In this document: piece by piece, positions 47,043 through 61,305 of the stretch
Numbering within the stretch: position 1 is the stretch's first letter
Layout: each line of letters starts with the position of its first letter
Assembly: GCA_051294375.1 (NCBI GenBank)
Contig: CM119268.1
Coordinates: 9,483,216-9,547,215, forward strand
Direction: 5' to 3'
Source of the DNA: Paraspadella gotoi
Taxonomy: Eukaryota > Animalia > Chaetognatha
DNA: 64,000 nucleotides
Notes under the pieces: generated by a model
Database searches by the model: none
Seen by the model: the letters and a program-made list of their open reading frames with translations, nothing else
Told to the model about the DNA's origin: nothing
Program-made: the position numbers and the translations under genes

Positions 47043-47115
47043 GGTTTGAGTCTTTTGACCAAAAAAGGTTTGAGTCTTTTGATCAACAAAAGTTTGAGTC
47101 TTTTGACCAAAAAAG
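47043..47115. repeat. ~24-bp tandem repeat (GTTTGAGTCTTTTGACCAAAAAA) x3
   Basis: Seen directly. Confidence 0.8.
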
Positions 47116-47374
47116 GGTCTAAAAAAAATTGTATCCCGACTCGTCAAGGATTCTCCAAGCGAAGAGTCAGATTTCGTGGTGGCGATGAGACTCGACTCGA
47201 TCCATCGACCGATCGAGTCTCGAGTCTTTCTGAGTCTCGAGTCTTTTTCGAGGATCGAAGGCGACGGCGATGAAATTCGCGGCTCGAGAGACAGAGTGGA
47301 GTTGGGCGGAGGGGGAGATGGGAGGAGGGAGAAGTTAGTGCGACTGGGTTCGGTAGTAGAGATAAATGAAAAGA

Positions 47375-47413
<39 letters not shown>

Positions 47414-49979
47414 TTGCCTTTTGGGTAAGGAGTGGACAAAAGAGAGGAGAGAGAGAAATGAAGAGACGGCTGAATAGTAAAAGAAGTTCAGAAAGGCGTG
47501 GAAGTGTGGACAGGAGTGGAGCTTAAGGGGGGGAAAAAGAGGAGAGAGCAGAGAGGAAAGAGGTAAGACGGGAGAGAAAAGTTAGTAGACAAATCCACAG
47601 GGTAGAAAAGAGAGAATATAGAGCGTAAAGAAAAGAGAGATGTAACGACTTGATACCGTCAAGAAGGCGATGATAACCGGAGAGCCTCGAGAGGCGAGTG
47701 GCTAGTAGCGAGTGGCGAGTGGCGAGTGGCGAGTGGTAGAGAAATCTCATTTTTGCGAGGATTTTAGGCGAAGAGAAAAAACCGAGGCTGAAGTCAAAGT
47801 CGGCGAGAGGCTTTGCAATTTGGGGTTGGGAAAAAGCTTGGCTGGGGGTTAAACCGAATTGACTCGTCGAAGCGCATCCATCGGAACGACTCTTTAAACC
47901 GACAAAGTCGACGCTTAGTCCAACGAACCGACAAACCGCAATTCCAGTTTTTTTTGTTTTTTTTTTGTAATCGAGGGGAAAAACAAGAAATGACGAAAAT
48001 GACAGATGACGTTGATCGGAGTTGACGAGATGACAAATTGGTTTGGATCAGGATTTTTTTTTTTAAGAGAGAAATGACAAAAATGGGAATAGATGTGGAA
48101 TATGAATAGAAATATTATCGTATATAGTACACATTTAATATGAAACGAAACTAGAAAAATAAGTTTTCAATAACAGAATCAGAATTGAATCCAAACTTTT
48201 ATAACATCATGAAAATTTACTTAATTCGTCATAGTCCTATTCTTGCTCGATGCTCATGAAACGACGAATGAAATCCGAAAATTAAAAAATAAGCATTTGA
48301 ATGACAATTGAACATTTTCTTTGATGACGAAATAACAAATTCGGTTTGAACTAAAAAACCATAAATCATTTCGACGACGACGACGACGACGTAATGACGA
48401 ATTGTTTTTTCATACGTAAAAATTCTGACGAAAAAAAGGAGGGATTATTTACATCCGTCAAGTGTCAAAATTCGATCCGAGAAAATCGAAAAACATCAGA
48501 ATCGCGATGAAGATTTCCACTGAATGGTTTGAGGCTTGGACAGAGCGAGGCTGGCGGGNNNNNNNNNNNNNNNNNNNNNNNNNNNNNNNNNNNNNNNNNN
48601 NNNNNNNNNNNNNNNNNNNNNNNNNNNNNNNNAGAGAGAGAGAGAGAGAGACGCAGACAGACAGACAAACAGACGGGGAAAAAGAGAGAGTAATTCAGAT
48701 TTGTACCAACATCTATAAACCGTCTTAGAGCTTCGATCCCGAGATTACCAACTAAAAACAACAAAAAAGAAAACAAAAGAAACAGAACGAAAACAATAGA
48801 AAACAGAATATAAGCGAAAAAAAACAACTGAGTACTCGCGAAGGACGAGAGAAAATCTTCTTGAGGACAAAGAATAAAAAAAAGAAAGAATGAGAATTCG
48901 AAAAAAAGAAAAAGAAAAAAAGAAAGAAACAGGACAAAGTCGAACTGACGAGAAAAAAAGTCGGAAAAACGAGATGAAAAAATGTAAAACATCGAAATGA
49001 ACCGAAACGGTTTTCTAATTTGAGAGGATTTCTCGTTTTTTAGTCTTTTTTTTTTCAAAAAGAAAACCAGAGTAAAAAGAAAACCAGAGTAAAAATTCTC
49101 TTGAGTTTTAGAAAAAAAAATAAGAAAAAGAGAGAAAAAAATGAAGTCCCTTTTGGGTTTCGGNNNNNNNNNNNNNNNNNNNNNNNNNCTTCCAGACCAG
49201 TATTTTTTCAGACTGTCCAAAGGCAGAGAAATTCTTGCCTTATTTTTGGCATTTTATTTTCCCACAAGATGGCCATTACATGTCAAAATAAAAAGATTCT
49301 ACTAGTACCGAGTTCGAGTTCCGCGTTAGGAAGAATAATTTTTTTTCATTAAAACAAACTTCTAAATATGGGAAGGCCTGGGGCTTTTAAGTGCGGGGTT
49401 AAATTATGGGGATTAGTCAAAATTCAAAAATTCCAGTGCCCAGTGACACATATAGTCCACATTTTTCGCCCACATGCGTGTCACCGATCGTGTCACAGTC
49501 GTGTCAGCCTGCGTGTTCAACATCGTGTCACATCCAAAAAGGGAAAATTTATTTTTCTTATATTTGGGTTCTAATTTCTCCCCACAAGATGGCCATTCAC
49601 ATGTTGAAATAATATTCTAAGTAGTACCAGGGTTCGATTCCCATTAGGGAAGTGTTTTTTTTTATATATAAAAAAAATATTTAGAAATAAATATCGGGAA
49701 GGCTGACATGTTTAAGTGCGTGGGTTGATATGGTAATTAACTAAATAAAAAATGCTTAATGCCGCAGTGACAGCATATCGTCACATCATGAACATCTTGG
49801 TCAACATCATGTAACATCTTTGTCAATATCATGTCACATCGTGTCACATCTGTGTCACATGCGTGTCACAATTGAATAATTTTTGTGTTTGTTAATCCCA
49901 ATTTTTAACGCCCCGCACTAAAAAAAGCCGCCAGCTTCCCCCATTTTCTGAAGATATAACAAAAAATATTATGTTAAAA

Positions 49980-50709
49980 AGGGGATTAAGAAAAATAAGA
50001 AACAAAAAAAATATAATTATTTGTGACACGGTGTGGGCGCCACTGGGTGTCACAGATCCCCTTAGAGAAATCTCTTGTCAGTGGGGCGTCACACTGTGTC
50101 ACCAAAGAAGAAAAATTGTCTTTGTATCCTAAAGAAAAATATGGGGAAGGCTGGGGCTCTTTAAGTGCGGGGTTAAATATGGGATAAGAAAGCAAAAAAT
50201 ATTATTTGTGACACGGTGTGGGCGCCACTGGGTGTGACAGATCCCTTAAGAGAATCTCTTGGTCAGTGGGCGCCCACTGTGTCACAAAGAAGAAAAATTG
50301 TCTTTTGTATAAAGAAAAAATATGGGGAAAGGCTGGGCTTTTAAGTGGCGGGGGTTAAATATGGGATTAAGAAACAAAAAAATATTATTTCGTGACACGG
50401 TGTGGGCGCCACTGGTGTCACAGATCCTTAGAGAAAATTCATTGGTCAGTGGGCGCCACACTGTGATCACAAAGAAGAAAAATTGTCTTTGTATCTAAAG
50501 AACAAATATGGGGAAGGCTGGGGGCTTTTAAGTGGCGGGGGTTACAATATGGGGATAAAGAAACAAAAATATTATTTGTGACACGGTGTGTGGCGCACTG
50601 GGTGTCACAGATTCCCTTAGAGAATCTCTTTGGTCAGTGGCGCCACACTGTGTCACAAAGAAGAAAAATTGTCTTTGTATCTAAAGAAAAATATGGGGAA
50701 GGCTGGGGC

Positions 50710-50710
<1 letters not shown>
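49980..50710. repeat. Satellite-like tandem repeat, ~185-bp unit x4
   Basis: ATTTGTGACACGGTGTGGGCGCCACTGGGTGTCACAGATCCC...AAAATATGGGGAAGGCTGGGGCT recurs at about 50020, 50205, 50390 and 50575. Confidence 0.92.
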
Positions 50711-50740
<30 letters not shown>

Positions 50741-51010
50741 AAGAAGCGAAAGATGATCTTTCAACTTGAAAAATAGAGAAAAAAAACTTGAAATGAGGGA
50801 GAATTTTTTTTTTTTCGTGTTGACGATATAGAGAGGGAGTCATTTTCGCGCGTCGCTTCACATTTTGATTAAAGCCTTTTTGACGAAGTCCTTTCACATT
50901 TCATTACACTTTTTTTCTTTCGCATGTTTCACATTCATTCGCGGATCGCGAGTGGCAGCCAAACACGAATCAACTTTTTTTTTCTCATTAGATTGGGTTA
51001 AGTTAAGATG

Positions 51011-51053
<43 letters not shown>

Positions 51054-51458
51054 TCATCCGGGAGGCATCGTGACGCCTCGGGGTAAAGGAACTTAGATCA
51101 CGAATGATGTCGACGAAAGCAAAAGTTGAAAATATAATAAATTAAAAACTGTGAAAATATAATTAATTATGTTTTTATTTGTTTGGTTTATTTTTTTGCT
51201 GATGTATTCTACTGTATCATTATTGATAGGAAATAAAATTCTCATTAAAAAATAAAAAAAATTACTTAAATCGCTGATCAAAATATTCTGAAGAAGATTT
51301 TTCAAATACCCCGACTTGAGGAGAAAGTTCAGTGATCAGTGATCAGTGATGACTAAAAACTTAAAAAGTCACAATCACGAGTTTCGGGGGATTTTCTCCG
51401 ACGAGTCACAAAAAATTCGGGACTTTTTTGAGAAGCAGAGCTGGTTTGGGGTATCGTG

Positions 51459-51575
<117 letters not shown>

Positions 51576-52160
51576 AGGCTAACCGAAAGAAAAAACTAAA
51601 CAAAAATAATTGAGAAGTTGCCAGGAAAATGTTTTTCCTAATCTGTTTTCTTTATCGAAAAAAATTTTTACGATGTCAACCGTGACATATTTTGGTTGCG
51701 TAACATGGCTGTTATTGTTATTACAGTCGACAGCTTAGAAGAATGACGACGACGAAGACGACGATAAAAACTCTTTCTTATTATTCTTATACCACTACTT
51801 CCTCCGACGGCCAAATGTTTTTAACAATATTTAATGAGTCTAAAAAGCTGAGAGATAAAAGGCGTTTATTTGATTTTTTAATCCTTTCGTTTTCGCTTTG
51901 GTGACATTCGCGGAAAAGTTTTATCATTCCAATTCGAATCGTTACAATATTTTTCCGGTTCTTCCCATCGACTTTCGTATTTTCGACGAAAATGGTCCCA
52001 TTTCGTTTCCGCGTCAACTCCTCATCTTTTTCTTCGATCGAAACTCATCTCATTTCGGTTTCGACTCTCAATTCATGACGCGGATTTCCGAGGCGAACAA
52101 CGACGACGACNNNNNNNNNNACGACGACGACAAAGATCGAACTCGTGACTTTGATCCATT

Positions 52161-52207
<47 letters not shown>

Positions 52208-52294
52208 TCCCCATTTTAGGTTCCCGCTTTGGGTCAAACTCGAGAAATCACCGACTGCTATCCATCAAATTTCTGCCCGAGATGGCATTCCCAC

Positions 52295-52512
52295 NNNNNN
52301 NNNNNNNNNNNNNNNNNNNNNNNNNNNNNNNNNNNNNNNNNNNNNNNNNNNNNNNNNNNNNNNNNNNNNNNNNNNNNNNNNNNNNNNNNNNNNNNNNNNN
52401 NNNNNNNNNNNNNNNNNNNNNNNNNNNNNNNNNNNNNNNNNNNNNNNNNNNNNNNNNNNNNNNNNNNNNNNNNNNNNNNNNNNNNNNNNNNNNNNNNNNN
52501 NNNNNNNNNNNN
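52295..52512. other. Assembly gap (other N runs at 48558-48632, 49164-49188, 52111-52120, 59982-60006)
   Basis: Runs of n in the sequence. Confidence 1.
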
Positions 52513-54711
52513 NTTTACTGTATTTCTTTCTTTTGTCTCTTCTAGAGAAAACCACAAGAACGACAACACAGTCAATAATAACAAACACAACAACAACCAC
52601 AACAACAACGACTACAAAATAAAATAGAAAATAACGTTGAAAATCGTTTGTTCAACGAGCGATGAATATAAATTGGAAATATATGCGGAAAAAAATAAAT
52701 AAAGAATCGGGGAAAATCGAGATGGGATCCTTGGGACGACGAAGATGCTTTTTTTTTGTGGCATCGCGGCATCGAATGCTCCAGCGAATTCAAAGTCGTC
52801 GATGCCGTCGGGGGGGGACAATAACGACGACGATGAATCTATTTGCTTTTAAGTAAAAACAGTAAGAGACAAATCTATAACACTAAATTTCGATATTGAG
52901 AATTAATCAAGTATGCTAAAATTTGTTTTCAGTTTTCCATCACACTTTCTAGTTTTTTAATATTACTTTTAAAATTTCCTTCCACAAATACATTTTTCAT
53001 TGCCGCGACGTACTCCATGTATTGAGTTTGACTAATACGTTCGAAAAACGTAAACAAAACCTAAAATTGATCCATTAACACACGATAAAAAAAAAAGTCT
53101 AGAAGAAGCGGTACGGTGCTAATAACAATACCAAACAGGTAAAGAATCAAAAAGGTAAAAAAAAAATAACAACAAACAACAAAATACGTATTTACAATGG
53201 GCTGGAAAAGGGTCAGCATAACAAAGTAATTCTGTTTGGATATGAAACCGCTGTCATTCTTACTGACGCACTACGGGTCAAAAGTACAAGACTTCGTCGT
53301 CGTCTTCGTGTATTGATACTTCGTGCCGTGTCGTCGTCGTCTTTGTCGATATCATTTGAGTTTCCCAAACTTTCTTCTTTTGTCAGCCTTTCCTTTTGCT
53401 TTTTATTTTTTTTTTCCCTCAGAGTTTCACTAATTGTCCTAGTTAAGAACTAAGGTTTTTCTTTATCTTTAAAAGAATATTGCTTCATCAATAATTAGTT
53501 ATATCGCAATTTTTGTAAAAAGAAAAATTATTTCAAAAATCATTTGGTTACATAACTAACCATGGGACCGGACAACGGCGGACAAAAAGCGACTCAAATA
53601 TGGTAGCTTCCTGATATGAAGAATCATTAAGATGGCAAGTGAAGATCGAAATGGCCGTGCTTCCGCGTCGCTTCCATATACGTCTTTTAGGCTAGTATTT
53701 TGAAAACTTATATAGCAGTAAATACTGCTGTTCAAGCAATGTTATTAATTCCACGTCCATGCACTATCCAGTAATTGACAATAAGTAAAAAAAAAATTAG
53801 GTTTTTTAATCGTTAAAATGTCTACAAATAACAAACAAAAGTGAGCTCCAAAAAAAGAAAAGCCTTTATCTACCGATATGAAAATAATTTTTAGCAACCC
53901 GATAATCATAAAGACAGATGTTCTTGTGATACACGCTGGACGGATTAAACCGAAAAACTATTAAACATATCTGATGTACTGACCCTTTATTTCCGAGTAA
54001 AATAAATATTTCGATGACTGTGAGGTGGGACGAGAAACGGACGGACCGGACGGACGGAACGATGGACATCATTTTTATTGCATAATTTATCATAAGTTCG
54101 AATGTTCTGGAACACTGATACTACTAGTACTACGTGCCCGACCAATAGCTTGAGGGGGCGGACCGACGGACCGTATCAAATGTGAATTATTAGAGTCGTG
54201 GATTCTGCTGAAGCAGATCCGACTAAAACACCTGACCTGGCGTGGTGGCGCCGACATAATTTGATAATAGCTCAAAGAAGAAAGCAAATTCATTACAAGC
54301 TTTAATTTGTGTAGATGTTTTAGGCATTGGGTAAAGATTAGAATAAAAACGTAACTTAAGACTTAACATGCGTCATACACGACGCGGGCAAGAGTTTGAA
54401 AGCATCAAACACTTTGGTCCGACTCGTGCAAGCATTGGCGCCCCCCCCAGCGGCAGTTGCAGGTCGGGTTGCCGGCGGAGCTCCTGTGCACGCGCACAAA
54501 ATAGCCGATTTGCACGCCACACAATCGGATTTGAAAATAGTCCCCAATTTTCCCGACAATTCCTATTAGAGAAGAAGAAAGAGACGAGAAAAAAAGAAAA
54601 AGAAAGAAGACAAGGAAAGAAAGAAAAGACACGAAGAAAGAAAGAAAAATAGGGAAGGAAAAGAAAGAAGAAAGAAAGACCACAAGATACGCAAAGATAA
54701 GAACAGAAAAA

Positions 54712-54742
<31 letters not shown>

Positions 54743-57700
54743 AGAAAGATAATGAAAGAGAGAGAGAGAGAGAGTAAGAGAGAGAGAGAGAAATAGTTCA
54801 GTAAAATTAAATATGCTCGCGATCGTTCCAGATATCGATTTTCCAAATAATAACCAAGTTTTCGAAATCGATTATTATAAACATAGATCGTTGCATTGTT
54901 ATCCTCACCTAATTATATAAAGCAATGTATTTAGTATAATAAAAAACTCCCCAAGCGAAGCCGAACGAAGCCGCAGCTAAAATATCAACTCACTTTCCAT
55001 GTGTGCGATCGACGAAGCGGCTGTCTATCGTCGAGGCCGGAGCGGCGGCCGGCGATGTTTCCAGGCGGCTGGCGCTTATTTGGGCCGACAGGGCGGCCGG
55101 GCGGCGAGGCGGCGGACCCGTTCAGTATTGAACCTGACATGATGAGGACGCCACTCCTGGCTACGTGCGTCCCAAAGGAGAACAGGCGCCGGGGGACGAC
55201 GGCGTTGCACTCGACGCAATCGCGGCAGGCGCATCGCCGTACAGGCTAGCCCCCAGCGAACCGCATATCTATATCTAATGAATAATTGCGATGGCGAAAA
55301 TGCAGGTTTCGTAGTGAAATTTTTATTTTTGTAAACCCCAAGAAAAAGCTTTACCAGAAGTGATTCCGGTGATGAGGAATGATGATGATGGAGGATGAGT
55401 CCTCCGTCGATTTCCCATGGTGAACCCCCCGTGATGTCTCATCGCTTCCCTTCCGTGAATGTCCTCTTCATGATGTCCCCGTGATGTCTACCGATGATGA
55501 GGAATCGTGGGTCTCGCGGTCAATATGACGAAGTCAACGTTCCCTGTCGGGTTGCGGGCTGCCGGTTCGCTTGCGGCATCCGCTGCGGATGCCCACTGTT
55601 AAAGGCCGTCGCGTCCAATCTTGGAGTTTTTCTCACGTCTTCCAGATGTGCGACGCGACCAACTTTCGACTTCACTGTGAATTGTTTTGGGATTTTTTTA
55701 AAAACGAAAGCTGGGGCAGCGATTAAAGTAATTTTTTAAGCCAGGTTCTTGATGTTTTTTAATTTTGTGATGTTTAATCCCGTACAATAGAAAGGAAATT
55801 AATATTAATACGTAAAATTCTAAAATATTGAAACACTTTGAGAGTTCGGAAGGTGGCTCTCATCTCAATGCTGAGAAAAGAGGAACGCGAATCAACTGGC
55901 GGTACCAGAATTTCCGGCATCCACATAAACGGCGCTATGCGTTAAGGCGACCAACAAAAACGATTTGTGCGAACCGACTAAACGCCATCTTCACCCTGAA
56001 CTCCGCCCGAATGAGAAACGAAATAGAATCAGATTATTACAATTAGACCTGGAGTTTTTTACCACGTTTAAGAAATTTGTCAAAGATTACAGAACGCATT
56101 TTTATTACAGTAGATTTGATCTTCATTAAGTAATAAATATTCAGGCATTTCGCCTGCATAAAATTTATGCAGAGACGCGAGTTCGTTCAAAGCTCAAAAA
56201 GATATCAGCATAACCTCATGAAAAGTTCGAATTTTTCAAAAAAAGTTTTGCGGCTTTTTGTTGCTTCGGGCTGAGAAAGACATCGCGTGTTTGTCATTTT
56301 ATGACAGAAATAAGAATCTAGGACATATGAACGTACATAAGAAAATCCGAGGAATACATTTCTCGATTTCAAGGTGGTTGACAATCATATGTTAAATAGC
56401 TCTTGTTATATTTATGAAGCGATGAGGCCAATGTTTTTGTGATGCGGAAACTAGTTTTTAAGTCAGCTAATAATAAATCTATACATTGCTTCAAATATTC
56501 GCAACAGACTAGTCGGTCCAGCTTTAGATGAACGGTACCTTCAGGAAGTTGGGAAAAGAGTTGAATGCTTTAAGGCAAAAACTCTTCTTTGAACTATTAA
56601 AATAGAAATAAATACTTAAAAATCAATTCGTTTATAAAAATGTCAACAAGTAGAATTAATAATTATGTTTTAGCAAAGTAACATGAATTTAAACTTCACC
56701 GGATGATCAAAAAAATCATCGATTTTCAATAAATTCGAATATAAAAAATAGATTCGAAAACGTCATTAACTCATTCTCAAAGGCGCGCTTACGTCACCTC
56801 ACCGCTGAAAAACGCGGTTTCCTAACTAAAAGTAGAAAAAGGAGTTTCTTCCTGGAAGGATTATACCATCGTTAACTCTGCGCGCTAGTCCAGTAAGTGT
56901 CTTTTTTTTTTTTTTGAAAAAGAAGAAAGAAAAGAGCATCCGCACATCAATATCAGATTCATATGAGGGACATTAAAATATTAAATAAATAAATAAATAT
57001 ATAATAATGTTACACTTATGAATAATATATAAACTATTTTTATCCAAAAGTTTTTAAAATTTTTACTTGAATTTTGCTTCCACTTGCCGTAGCATAAAAT
57101 GGAAAAAAAAATTCAAAATATTTTAAATAACTCTGGTTAACTTTTCTCTAGCGGCGAATTCTACTTATAACCTAATCGCAAATAAATGCTTATATCAATC
57201 AAAAAGGCCTATGCAAGCACCGAAAGTCGATAATAAGTTTATAGAACAATATGAATCCAGATTCCCAAGAGGGGAAAGAAGCAAAGCCTGCTCGGCGAAG
57301 CAGCTGCTCGCCACATTTATTCTTTGACTTTGTGACGCTTGGTCATATAGGTCATCCTTAATGACTTAAGGTCATTCCGAGTCGCCGAATTATCTGTCAT
57401 TTCATTGAAAACTGTCAAAATATATAACTGTAAATATTAATATACACTATAATACTTAGTTAGTATTATTATTAATTTATATCCTTATCATTATCATAAA
57501 AACTTATTAGCTTTTCTTAGTATTAGCAATTCGTAGTGGATTTACAAGAGCCCACCCAATCTTTCGATTCAAATGGACGAGTCATTTTTACAAAATCCAT
57601 CACTAGTGAAACAAACATCATTGCTTTTTATTTGGCAAAAAAATTTGTCTTAATATTAACTTTACAAATTCCCTGTGGAAATATGATGGTCTCTTCTACA

Positions 57701-58899
57701 ATTGTCACTTTATTTCTCATTAAGTAATTCTATACGATTCCTTATTTTATATAACCAAAGTCATACAATCTTAATCCATGCATATACAATTATAATGCAT
57801 ATATAATTCCAAAATAAAACAAGTTATAAAAACTGTCTTGTCATTCTGACTCTCTTGAAAACCTATAGAGCATTGAAGTACTTAATTAACTAATTTGACT
57901 ACTGAACTAAAATTGACTAATTTTAATTAATTTAACTAATTTTACTAAATTAACGATGCTAAGAGCAACAGGAAAAAATCTCCATATTAATCATTATGAC
58001 TATTTAAAGCTTGAATATAACGCTTGATAAAGAGAAAGTAAATACTAACTTATACAATACCAAAAGCTTGCGTAAATTTAAAAAACATTAATTTACACAG
58101 AAAATGTTTTAGTTCTATTTTTTTCGCACAAGAAAGTTATGAAACAATTTACCAGGATTTTGAAAAAAAACTAAAAACCATTTAAAAGCATTAGACTTGA
58201 ATGTCCGAAATAGAAAAATAGACAACTGACAAGATCTTTGTATGTGGTAAAAGTATTAAGCTTTGAAAACAACACCAACGGATGTTACACTGGCAAGGCC
58301 ATGGAAAGATTGTAATGTTCATAAATAGGGCATTAATTATTATAAGTGTAGTTTATACTTAAAGGGAAATCTCATAAATAAAATTAATTAGAACTAATAA
58401 TAAGAAAGAATACATAAAAGATACGTAAAAATACTGTGAAAAAATTTAAGTTCAAAGCCTTAATAAGGGACATTTTCCACTGGGCTTCAGGTATTAAATA
58501 ATGAATAGTTAAAGGTCGCTAAAACCGGTTCAAAAAATATCAAAATTTCACTTCTCACAATTACTCATCTATCTATAAAATCGCGATCACTTTTATAACG
58601 TATTTATACTTTCCCACCACAAATTATATCTCACTGTCAATTAGCACTAGAGAGCTTTTAAGTCCATACCAGCTCACCGATGCTTTCTATCTCTTCACTT
58701 TTCCTAACTCCTTAGATAGCGAGGCGTGGTCCTTTCTATTTCCATCATTGTTGCATCTTACTTCTCGTTGAGCGAGTGCAGCAATATATTATACATGCAC
58801 CATATCAGAAACGACAATCAATGGTCAACAAAGTAACAACCAGAATCTAGGCGAAGGGAACAACACGTTGAGCGCACTTCGTTTTCAGAGTAAACTTAT

Positions 58900-59700
58900 C
58901 TATCATCATCAAGCAACGCAAGCACCTGAGGAAGGTTATACGAGGAGTACGAGGAGATCGGTAACGGCGTTGTAAACGGCAAACACTCACGTCATGCTGG
59001 TATTTACCGAGTGGCGTCGGCGGCGAGACAGGCGAGTCAGATAGACAGCACACTGATTGTGAGGACGTTTACTTGACGTCTGGTGGGCATACAGAGTCGA
59101 GAAATAAAAACGTACTAGGATACGCACAGATGCAAGATTCCGCGCACGCGACAGAAGACGTATATCGATCTATCTCGCGTATGTATGAGCCTGCGACGAT
59201 AACACCTCCGTAATCTGAATGAGGCGTTCAAGTACGACGCGGAAGAGAAGAGTTGTCTTCTGCCCAAAATGCGAATACTGAAGATCGTGCCTTGCCTGCT
59301 CCTATGAGCGTAGCGACGCGGCAGCTGTTCTGCGACTGCGGAAGAAAGAAAAGAAGACTGGGCAGAGCAGGCAGAGAATCTCTGTGTGTGCACTCGTGAT
59401 ATGGCGGCTTCAGGCGAGGGTCGACCGTGCCGCAGCGCGACTAGAGTGTAAGACACACTCTTCAGAAGAGGGAGTCCGTCGAGTAGAGAATGTGAGAGAC
59501 GACAGTGATCGCGCTCGGTGGAGTAAGGCCGGAGAAGCACGCGAATCTCGGAGGAAACGACAGAGCTCCCCGACGACGATGCGGATTCGTATAAGAGTGA
59601 TTTTGACGGCCCGCAGTTGCGTTGCTGATTATGTGCACCATAGATAGCACAGTTTTCGCACGTATTTCGACGTAGCCCATGGCAGTCAAAAACGGCCATC
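58900..59700 (-). mobile_element. Heavily decayed LTR-retrotransposon (Gypsy-like) integrase remnant
   Basis: Ordered but frameshifted fragments on the - strand resemble integrase motifs: KYVR..CAI (HHCC zinc region), YVFCRVRGILH (F..FC...GI.H), YAHQT (YHPQ-like) and VF.VYNAV (F.YN). No intact ORF. Confidence 0.4.
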
Positions 59701-59822
59701 CTGTTATTTTCGATGAAAAAAAAAAGAGGAACAAAAGAATTTTCGTCTTTTAAAGCGGAAAAAGGAGAAGCTAATTTTGAGATGTGGACGCTGCAGGGCC
59801 CGTGACAGGAAATGGGTAGTAG

Positions 59823-59869
<47 letters not shown>

Positions 59870-60059
59870 GAAGAGAGAGAGAAGAGAGAGAGAGAAGGAT
59901 TTGAAAAAAATATAAGAAAAAAAAGAAAAAAAGAAGAAAGAAATATATAAATAAAAAGGAAAGAAATGAAAGAAAGCAAAANNNNNNNNNNNNNNNNNNN
60001 NNNNNNAAAAAAAAAGAAGATAAAAACAGTAATTAAAAAAAAGTGAAAAGAGGAAAATA

Positions 60060-60139
<80 letters not shown>

Positions 60140-60140
60140 A
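60060..60140. repeat. (AGAA)n microsatellite
   Basis: Seen directly. Confidence 0.97.
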
Positions 60141-60379
60141 ATACAGAATAGAAAAGAATTCCCTTCCAGATTTCCCCCCCCCTAATTTTCCGTCATCTTT
60201 TCACTTTGCGTCTCTCTACATTCATGGCTTCTCTTATTTATACTCTTCACTCTTCACTCGCTCCAGTTCCTTTCACGTGAACTCTCCTTCACTCTCACTG
60301 AATTTTCTTTCGACTCAACCGCGATTCTTTTTCCGCCCGCAATTTTCTTCTTGTCAACAACTGAGTCGACAGAAGCATT

Positions 60380-60410
<31 letters not shown>

Positions 60411-61263
60411 CTAACAACAACTTCACTCTGTTAGGATTATTTTTAAAAAATAAATAATACCATTTTGTTCACCATTCTTTGGAGGCACGCGCCGCTTTTG
60501 CCATCTTGAGCCTCCGTCTGCCATTTGGGAGAGAAATGGAAAAAACAAGTAAAAAAATAGGAGAGAAATATGGAGAGTAAGGCGTAGTAAAATTTCTAAA
60601 TTTAACTTTATTAAATTTTAAAAGTGAGAAATGACAACATTATACAATGAACATTTATCGTAATAAAAACTTTATAATTTAATTCTCTTTCAATTTACGC
60701 AGTAGGCCTTTCTACTACTAAGTCTAAACCAGATAAGATGTGTTAAATTCCAAACAGTTTTTTTCATAAAGATATTTTTCGCAGAATTTGGATCTCATTA
60801 AACAAGTGAATAACAAAGAAATATTACTCTTTATGAAAATTCCTTCATTAAGTGGGTCAAAATTAAAAAAAAGCATATTTAAGCTGAAAATTAATCTTTA
60901 TATTAAAGTATAGTTTTTTTTAATTTTTTAACCCACCATATGAAAATGGGTTTTAAAAATGATTTATATTTTCGTTTTTCACTTTACGAGGAATGTCAAA
61001 TCTGCAATCAAAATTAAGAAAAGCCTATTTTAAGTTTTGTCATTTTTATAAGGATAGTTCCGTATTATAAAATATAGCCTTATGCGAAAATAAAAATAAC
61101 ATTAATTTTTTTAAAATTAATGTTCACTGATGGTATGTTGGTTCTAATTGACTTTTAAATTCGTTATTACTTCACTACCTTAATGTGAGAGTGAAAGGGA
61201 TAGGAAGAGAAGAGCAGAGAGAGCAGAGAGAGAGAGCAGATGAGCAGAAAGAGAAAGAGGAAA

Positions 61264-61305
<42 letters not shown>

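Noticed and set aside
54930-55285. Helitron termini (TCTATATCTAAT; GCGAAGCC hairpin)
   Set aside because: No CTAG 3' end in the right order and no Rep/helicase remnant.
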